Shown here piece by piece: positions 57,802 to 64,000 of a DNA stretch of 64,000 bases. A program made the translations under genes and the position numbers. Numbering within the stretch: the stretch's first letter is position 1; every line of letters starts with the position of its first letter. Location: NCBI GenBank assembly GCA_965279515.1, contig CBDIID010000003.1, positions 640,001 through 704,000 of the forward strand, in the 5' to 3' direction. Source of the DNA: Turneriella sp. (GTDB lineage: Bacteria; Spirochaetota; Leptospiria; Turneriellales; Turneriellaceae). Under the pieces are notes generated by a model. The model made no database searches and had not been told where the DNA came from. It saw only the letters and a list, made by a program, of their open reading frames with translations.

Positions 57802-59465
57802 TAAAGAAGACATTTGTTGCTGCCGTCTATCTTCGGGTTTCAACGAAAAAACAGGCTGATACCGGCACTGCGATATCTGGTCAAAGAAAGGCAATCGTCG
57901 ACTTTCTTGCTCGAGAGAAAATTCAGGCATACAAATTCTATGTCGACGAAGGTTTGAGTGGAACCAACACGAAGCGACCTGCATTGCAGAGGCTTTTAAG
58001 CGATGCAGAGCAACCGGATGCTCCGTTTAATATGGTAATATTTTGGGATGTCTCGAGACTCGATCGGTCACTGAGGAATTGGGTCAATCATATCTATAGT
58101 TTGCGCGACCTTGGGATATCGATACGAACGGTAGACGCTAATCTAAATCTGGATGACCCGACTCATGAGCTCGTGGCGCTTCTCAGCGGTTATCAGGCAG
58201 AACAATTTTCCATTACTCTGAGTAAGAATACGAGACGCGGCATGAATGAGACCATCAGACAAGGGTTCTATACTTACGGAAAACCTCCATTCGGATATGA
58301 TATCAAAAAAGTAGCTTATTCTGGGACAATGAAAAACAAGCTGATCTTAAATGAAGATGAGGCTAAATTGGTTGAGAAAATGTTTGCTTTAACGGTTACC
58401 AATGATCTTGGCGCGAAGAAGATTGCAGCCAGTCTGAATGGCCAAGGATATAGACATCGGAATGGGAAACAATTCAATTTCAAGACCATACTCAAGATCT
58501 TACGCAATGAGGTTTATACCGGTAGCCTCATCGGTGATAAAACGAGATTTTTGAATGGCCGGCGAGTAGAAAATGAACCGGAAAACAGGGTTGTGCACCC
58601 GAATGCTCACCACGCAATCATAGATAAAAGGACTTATAAGAAAGCTCAAGAACGGATTGATGGCCGGCATAATGGAAAGTACAATTCCAGAACCGCCAAC
58701 AGCCAATTTCTTTTTACAGGCATAGCCTTCTGCGGTATTTGCGGCTTACCCATGTTCAGTACACATGGCAGAGCAAAGAATAAATCAACCCATTTCTACT
58801 ATGCATGCAAAGGACGTATAACACAGAAATCATGTTCTCTACGGAATTTTCGGCAACCAATGCTCGATGCACTTCTTCTAACCGTTATTGAAACGGAAAT
58901 CCTGGCCAAAACCAACCTTGAATCGGTAGTAAAAAAAGTTAATATGGCCATGGGTAAACGCACTCAACTTATGACAGAACAGGTAACTGCGATGAGCAAA
59001 GAGATTGGTGTATTGAAGCAAAAAATGGAGCGCATTACTAACCTGTTAATCACCCATAACGACAGTGACGCTGATGTTCTTCTACCGAAGTTAAACGAAC
59101 TCGATAGGGAAAAGGTAGCTCTGGAAATTCAGCAGCGAAGCATAAATGATTCCCGTTTTCAACCGGTCGTGGTTAGAAACCTCGATCAGCTGTTGGGAAA
59201 TCTCAAACTCTTGCTTACATCAGTGGACCTTCCAAAACGAAAGGCCTTTGTTTCGGCGTTCATAAGCAAAGTAGAGATCTTTGAAGATAAGGCGGTCTTG
59301 CATTACAAGAATCCGTTGGATCCGGCACGAAACAGGTTCATCGCGCCGTTTGCTGAGGCATTGACAACAATGCCCAAAAAGTCATTGGAGCTCTCCAAGG
59401 GTGGGGTTCACCTTTGGGTCTCCTATGCGTCCCCTAGGGGAATCGAACCCCTGTTGCGGGAATGA
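57798..59465 (+). CDS. Large serine recombinase (resolvase, recombinase and Zn-ribbon domains)
   Basis: YLRVST..Q, DEGLSG...RP, SRLDRS, PPFGY, ILRNEVYTG, CGICG...YYAC...C, coiled coil. Confidence 0.95.
   Translation: MIKKTFVAAVYLRVSTKKQADTGTAISGQRKAIVDFLAREKIQAYKFYVDEGLSGTNTKRPALQRLLSDAEQPDAPFNMVIFWDVSRLDRSLRNWVNHIYSLRDLGISIRTVDANLNLDDPTHELVALLSGYQAEQFSITLSKNTRRGMNETIRQGFYTYGKPPFGYDIKKVAYSGTMKNKLILNEDEAKLVEKMFALTVTNDLGAKKIAASLNGQGYRHRNGKQFNFKTILKILRNEVYTGSLIGDKTRFLNGRRVENEPENRVVHPNAHHAIIDKRTYKKAQERIDGRHNGKYNSRTANSQFLFTGIAFCGICGLPMFSTHGRAKNKSTHFYYACKGRITQKSCSLRNFRQPMLDALLLTVIETEILAKTNLESVVKKVNMAMGKRTQLMTEQVTAMSKEIGVLKQKMERITNLLITHNDSDADVLLPKLNELDREKVALEIQQRSINDSRFQPVVVRNLDQLLGNLKLLLTSVDLPKRKAFVSAFISKVEIFEDKAVLHYKNPLDPARNRFIAPFAEALTTMPKKSLELSKGGVHLWVSYASPRGIEPLLRE
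59404..59429 (+). repeat. Right att direct repeat (26 bp)
   Basis: Identical to 7641-7666; lies inside the integrase CDS and overlaps the last bases of tRNA-Glu. Confidence 0.9.
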
Positions 59466-59499
59466 AAATCCCGAGTCCTAACCGCTAGACGAAGGGGAC
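59428..59499 (-). tRNA. tRNA-Glu(TTC)
   Basis: GTCCCCTTCGTCTAGCGGTTAGGACTCGGGATTTTCATTCCCGCAACAGGGGTTCGATTCCCCTAGGGGACG folds as a cloverleaf; CCA not encoded. Confidence 0.95.
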
Positions 59500-59536
59500 T
59501 AATCCTTCTAACCGACACCTTGCGGCACCGGCCCTG

Positions 59537-59609
59537 TGAGAAGCCCGGGAATCGAACCCGGGACCCACTCCTTAAAAGGGAGTTGCTCTACCGACTGAGC
59601 TAGCTTCTC
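59537..59609 (-). tRNA. tRNA-Lys(TTT)
   Basis: GAGAAGCTAGCTCAGTCGGTAGAGCAACTCCCTTTTAAGGAGTGGGTCCCGGGTTCGATTCCCGGGCTTCTCA folds as a cloverleaf. Confidence 0.95.
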
Positions 59610-59723
59610 GTAACACACAACGTGTTCGACATTTCCGCTGCGCGTCGCCCAGCTTCGCTGGCTGGAGGGCGTCTTTGCGGAAATGTATGCCCACAGGGCG
59701 TTTAGGCGAATCCGGCGTTTTAG

Positions 59724-60320
59724 TCAGAGCGTCAATTTTTTTGGTACATCATTGCTCGTTGTTTCGCCCACAAACCGCCAGAGCCGGGCCGTGTTCCTGG
59801 CGTCGCTGAGCGCCGAATGCGCCCTGCCCTCGAATTTGAAGCCAACCTGCGTCAGCGTGGCCTCAAGCCCCATGCGCGTCAGCAGCTTCTGCTTCTTAAA
59901 GAAGAGATTTTTAAAATCGAGAAATCCATCGGGCAGGTTATACTGGATGGTATGGCGGCGGCAATCCAGCACCAGTTGCTTTTTGTCAAAATGTCCCCAG
60001 CTAAAGATAAACACGTCCTCAAAACCGGCAATCCACGCGGTAAACCGCGCAAAGACATGCGGAAAAAAGGCTGCGGCATCGACCTGCGCCTGGGTGATGC
60101 CGGTCAGTTCAGTGCAAAAATCCGTAAGGCGGGTATACAGAACAGGGCGGATGTACTCCTGAAACTCGGCGATGCGCTCGTGCGTTCGGCCATCGATCAT
60201 GACCGCACCGATTTCAATCGTCTCGCGCTCGGCGCGCGCGATGCCGTTATCCAGCGCGCAGGTGGCTTCGAGGTCGAGAAACAGATAATGCCGGTGCGCT
60301 TTCCAGTTCTTATTTGCCAC
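59724..60320 (-). CDS. DEDDh 3'-5' exonuclease (ERI-1/KapD-like)
   Basis: LDLEATC, IEIGAV, SWGHFD, HSALSDA. Confidence 0.9.
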   Translation of the reverse strand: MANKNWKAHRHYLFLDLEATCALDNGIARAERETIEIGAVMIDGRTHERIAEFQEYIRPVLYTRLTDFCTELTGITQAQVDAAAFFPHVFARFTAWIAGFEDVFIFSWGHFDKKQLVLDCRRHTIQYNLPDGFLDFKNLFFKKQKLLTRMGLEATLTQVGFKFEGRAHSALSDARNTARLWRFVGETTSNDVPKKLTL

Positions 60321-60363
60321 AGTTTTGCCTTTTCAGGGCATAGCGTGGACCGCCTCTGCCGCC

Positions 60364-61170
60364 ATGATGTCCATCCAATTCAGGTTGATCTGCGTATGCA
60401 TTGCCCTGGCGAGCCTACCCCTGTACTCCCAGGAAAATGCAAAACCGGCGGAAACAAAGCCTGCGGCGACGACGGCACCCGCGGTTAAGCCCGCTGAAGC
60501 GAACACGGAGCCCGCCAAACCGTTGAGCCCCGAAGAGATCGAGGCCGAAGCAAAGCGCCGCGAGCAGGCACAGAGAGATGCAGAGGAAGCGGCACGCAAA
60601 AAGGCCGAGGCGGAGAAAACATTCTTCACCAAGCTGGTTGAAAATTCCAAGGTCTATACCGGGCTTGCGGCCGGCATCGGCGTCGGTGTCAATAAACTGC
60701 ACGGCACGGGATACACCGTCGGCATGGCCATCGATGTGATTGCGTACAAGACCTGGGGTTTCCATTTTGCCGCAGAAACCGGGCAGTACCCCGCGAAAAG
60801 CGCCACGCTGAGTACAGGCGGAGTTCCCGTGAACGTTTCGAGCGGCGGCACTTTCGGCTTCCTGGCGCTCGACTTCGCCGCAGTCTATGTTTTTCCGAAA
60901 GTGCTTAACCTCGACCCCGCTGTGGGCCTGGGTATTTCGGTTTACCAGTTGCGCGGCGGGGCGTATGATTTCAATCAAACTGTTGCGCCCCTTCTCTATG
61001 GCTCGGTCTATTATGATCTGCTCAGCCATCTCCAGGTCGGATTCATCACACAGCTAACGCTGCCGTCGTCATCGAAACTCGAAGCGGCGGGAACATCGAC
61101 CACACTCGACAATAGCGTGGCGCAGACCACGGTTGCCTTTAAGCTGGCGCTGCGCTACGCCTGGTTTTAA
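60364..61170 (+). CDS. Outer-membrane beta-barrel protein with Pro/Ala-rich linker
   Basis: Signal peptide, beta strands, terminal YAWF. Confidence 0.65.
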   Translation: MMSIQFRLICVCIALASLPLYSQENAKPAETKPAATTAPAVKPAEANTEPAKPLSPEEIEAEAKRREQAQRDAEEAARKKAEAEKTFFTKLVENSKVYTGLAAGIGVGVNKLHGTGYTVGMAIDVIAYKTWGFHFAAETGQYPAKSATLSTGGVPVNVSSGGTFGFLALDFAAVYVFPKVLNLDPAVGLGISVYQLRGGAYDFNQTVAPLLYGSVYYDLLSHLQVGFITQLTLPSSSKLEAAGTSTTLDNSVAQTTVAFKLALRYAWF

Positions 61171-61176
61171 AGCACA

Positions 61177-61638
61177 ATGACCGGCAAGCCAGTTCAAAGT
61201 TATAATGAGATAGAGATCGCGGCGCCGCCCGAAAAAGTTTTTGACTACGTCACCCGTCCCGACCTCTGGCATGAGTGGCACCCGGCATCGACCTCGGCCC
61301 AGCTGCCGCGTGTGCCGTTGCAGGTCGGCGATGTATTTCGGGAAATCATCACGGTGTCTTACCCGCTGGTGCGCATACGCCGTGCAACCGAGTACACGGT
61401 GACCCTCAGCGAACCCGCAAAAGTCTGGGAAGTTCGGGGGAAATCCTCGTTGTTTGACCTGACCATTCATTATGAATTCAAGGCGCAGGGGAAGGGAACC
61501 CCCTTTCAAAGAAATCTAACCTATGCGGTGAAAGGGGTATTAGCGTATTTTGAACCAATTCTCGTCAGGCCGAAAATCAGACGGCAATCGGCTGCAGCTT
61601 TGAAAAATCTGAAATCTCTACTGGAATCCCTTCGGTAG
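61177..61638 (+). CDS. SRPBCC family protein
   Basis: IEIAAPPEKVFDYV....W.EW.P...LKNLKSLLE. Confidence 0.85.
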   Translation: MTGKPVQSYNEIEIAAPPEKVFDYVTRPDLWHEWHPASTSAQLPRVPLQVGDVFREIITVSYPLVRIRRATEYTVTLSEPAKVWEVRGKSSLFDLTIHYEFKAQGKGTPFQRNLTYAVKGVLAYFEPILVRPKIRRQSAAALKNLKSLLESLR

Positions 61639-61646
61639 GGATGATG

Positions 61647-62345
61647 CTACAACTTCTCGGCGAGAAAATCGTCGAAATAGAGGTAAGGCGTACTATTTCC
61701 TCCTCCTGTGATGCCGGTATAACCGTCACCAAAACTGGAATCAACAAGGGAGATAGAGATTGTGCTATTTCCTTCAATCGCACAGGTTATTTTTGTACCG
61801 TCGAAAGTCAGCGTAATCTTGTCCGAAATGCCTGACGTTAACTGGTGCATTGCCACATCACCAAAACTCGCAACTACCCCGCTGGCTTCTTTTCTAAGCG
61901 CGAAATTATATTTATAAGGATTGCTGCTACCCTGCACAAAATAATAGCCACAGAGATAGCTATCTATGGGAGCGTCGCTTGCCGCCGATCGGCCGATGAG
62001 ATATCCGGAGCTGAAGTAGTTGGAGGCTCCGGAAATACTAAACTTTGCACTGACTTTAAAACTACCCTTAATCTTATCCGTGTAAAGCGCGGATGGTAAT
62101 GACTCATCAGCTATTATTCCACTACCAAGCGGTTGAGCCTTATTATTACTGATCTGAAAACCCACGGCGGGAGAGATAATCCTGGTCGTCCACTTTGATC
62201 CAAGACTGCTGCTGCCCGAACGGTTAAAGTCATCCTTAAAAATTTCATTACTTGTGGTTTTCTTGATACACTGGCTAAATGCCAAGAGAACCATTAAAAT
62301 GACTGCGGCAGACCGCAAAACGACGTTGACTCTTCCCAATTTCAT
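61647..62345 (-). CDS. Lipoprotein, hypothetical
   Basis: Lipobox-like FSQC; DDFNR...FDDF lectin-like ends. Confidence 0.6.
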   Translation of the reverse strand: MKLGRVNVVLRSAAVILMVLLAFSQCIKKTTSNEIFKDDFNRSGSSSLGSKWTTRIISPAVGFQISNNKAQPLGSGIIADESLPSALYTDKIKGSFKVSAKFSISGASNYFSSGYLIGRSAASDAPIDSYLCGYYFVQGSSNPYKYNFALRKEASGVVASFGDVAMHQLTSGISDKITLTFDGTKITCAIEGNSTISISLVDSSFGDGYTGITGGGNSTPYLYFDDFLAEKL

Positions 62346-62446
62346 ATACCCTATTTTCGACGACTCACAGTGCCACCCATAGCTTGTAAACCCTTATCGT
62401 TGCCTGATTTTCATCGACGTCATGTCTTTTTAAGCAAAACCAACCA

Positions 62447-64000
62447 ATGCTCCAGTTTGTCCTGAAGGCGATTTTCGGCTCGAAGTACGAGCGCGATTTG
62501 AAGCGCATCCGCCCCTATGTCGAGCGCATCAACAGCCTCGAACCCGGCATGCAAAAGCTGTCGGATGCAGAGCTCGCGGCGAAAACTCCGGCCTTTAAGG
62601 AACGTCTCGCCAACGGCGAAAAACTGATTTCACTCCTCCCGGAAGCTTTTGCTGTACTGCGCGAAACCTCAGTGCGCACGCTGAAAATGCGCCATTTCGA
62701 CGTGCAGCTCATGGGCGCGATGGCGCTCAACGAAGGCAAAATCTCTGAAATGAAGACCGGTGAGGGAAAAACACTCACAGCGACGCTGGCAGTTTACCTC
62801 AATGCCCTGACTGGCAAGGGCGTTCACCTCGTGACCGTCAACGACTACCTCGCCAGCCGCGACGCCGACTGGATGCGCCCGCTCTATGACTTCCATGGCC
62901 TGACCACGGGCGTCATCAAAAGCAACATGCCGCACACCAAGCGGCGTGAAGCCTATGCGGCCGACATCACCTACGGTACAAACAACGAGTACGGCTTCGA
63001 TTACCTGCGCGATAACATGGTCGACCACCGTAACTACCGTGTGCAGCGCTCGCACTACTTCGCGATTGTCGACGAGGTCGACTCGATTCTGATCGACGAA
63101 GCACGCACACCGCTCATTATCTCAGGCCCCGCCGACCAGGATGCCGGCGAATACGTGCGCGTGAACAAGGTTATTCCCGCACTTTCAGACAAAGTCGACT
63201 ACGATGTGGACGAAAAGGCGCGCAGCGTATTACTCACGGAAATCGGTGTGCATAAGGTTGAAAAACTGTTGAACGTCGATAACCTCTACGCACCGCAGAA
63301 CGTCGAACTCGTGCACCATGTGCACCAGTGCCTCAAAGCGCACAAACTGTTCGCCAAAGACGTCGACTACGTCGTGCAGTCGGGCGAGATTATTATCGTC
63401 GATGAATTCACCGGCCGTCTGATGGAGGGCCGCCGCTACAGCGATGGCCTGCACCAGGCGATCGAAGCAAAAGAAAAAGTCGATGTAAAACAAGAAAACC
63501 AGACACTCGCGACGATCACCTTCCAGAATTTTTTCCGCATGTATGAAAAACTGGCGGGTATGACCGGAACCGCCGACACCGAAGCTGAAGAATTCCGGAA
63601 GATTTACAAACTCGACGTGATGGTGATTCCACCGAACCGCAAGATGATCCGTAAAGATGCGGCGGACAAGGTTTACCGTACGGGTCGTGAGAAGTTCGAC
63701 GCCATCGCCGAAGAGGTAAAAACTTTGCACCTCAAAGGCCAGCCGGTGCTTTTGGGTACGATCTCGATCGAAAACTCCGAGAAGCTGTCGAAGCTTTTGA
63801 CGACGAAGGGCATCCCCCACAGCGTGCTCAACGCGAAATTCCACGACCAGGAAGCGCAGATTATTAAAGAAGCCGGCCACAGAGGCCGTGTGACAATCGC
63901 CACCAACATGGCGGGCCGCGGTACCGACATCATTCTCGGCGAAGGCGTCAAAGACCTGGGTGGATTACACATCGTGGGTTCAGAACGCCACGAATCGCGC
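62447..64000 (+). CDS. secA: Preprotein translocase subunit SecA (5' part; runs off the window)
   Basis: [19 protein letters not shown] start; [46 protein letters not shown]. Confidence 0.97.
   Translation, partial: MLQFVLKAIFGSKYERDLKRIRPYVERINSLEPGMQKLSDAELAAKTPAFKERLANGEKLISLLPEAFAVLRETSVRTLKMRHFDVQLMGAMALNEGKISEMKTGEGKTLTATLAVYLNALTGKGVHLVTVNDYLASRDADWMRPLYDFHGLTTGVIKSNMPHTKRREAYAADITYGTNNEYGFDYLRDNMVDHRNYRVQRSHYFAIVDEVDSILIDEARTPLIISGPADQDAGEYVRVNKVIPALSDKVDYDVDEKARSVLLTEIGVHKVEKLLNVDNLYAPQNVELVHHVHQCLKAHKLFAKDVDYVVQSGEIIIVDEFTGRLMEGRRYSDGLHQAIEAKEKVDVKQENQTLATITFQNFFRMYEKLAGMTGTADTEAEEFRKIYKLDVMVIPPNRKMIRKDAADKVYRTGREKFDAIAEEVKTLHLKGQPVLLGTISIENSEKLSKLLTTKGIPHSVLNAKFHDQEAQIIKEAGHRGRVTIATNMAGRGTDIILGEGVKDLGGLHIVGSERHESR

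Larger units (their letters stand above)
7641..59429. mobile_element. ~52 kb serine-recombinase genomic island at the tRNA-Glu 3' end (probably a composite of tandem elements)
   Basis: 26-bp terminal direct repeats, large serine recombinase at the right end, tRNA target, defence and phage-like cargo, visibly more AT-rich than the secA flank. Confidence 0.85.

Noticed and set aside
62515..63972. Minus-strand and off-frame ORFs in the track
   Set aside because: Shadow ORFs of secA, which the track missed because it has no stop codon in the window.

Overview
Bacterial chromosome segment; the gene content of the flanks suggests a Leptospirales/Turneriella-like spirochaete (inference only). Left flank (1-7.4 kb): exported and surface proteins. 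Right flank (59.5-64 kb): tRNA-Glu, tRNA-Lys, a DEDDh exonuclease and secA. Between them is a ~52 kb integrated island (7641-59429) at the 3' end of tRNA-Glu(TTC), bounded by an exact 26-bp direct repeat. Its large serine recombinase gene runs through the right att site into the tRNA antisense strand, so recombination would swap the enzyme's own C-terminus. Two internal relics of the same integrase-tail/att sequence (~15.05 kb and ~20.4 kb) split the cargo into stacked modules, which suggests repeated integration at one site. Cargo: a nuclease/peptidase/giant beta-protein operon; a lipoprotein pair with a SorC-like regulator; a TM0106 nuclease-helicase; an XRE/ImmA-linked MBL + E2-E1-JAB (ubiquitin-like conjugation) locus; a BREX-related DUF499-PglZ-DUF1156-SNF2 operon; and several restriction-like nucleases. 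The backbone has a sigma factor, Rad52/Sak, Gp157, DUF932, a DnaX-like gene split by IS5 and two D5-like proteins lacking Walker A. No virion or conjugation genes were recognised. Family assignments come from motifs read by eye, not from database searches.
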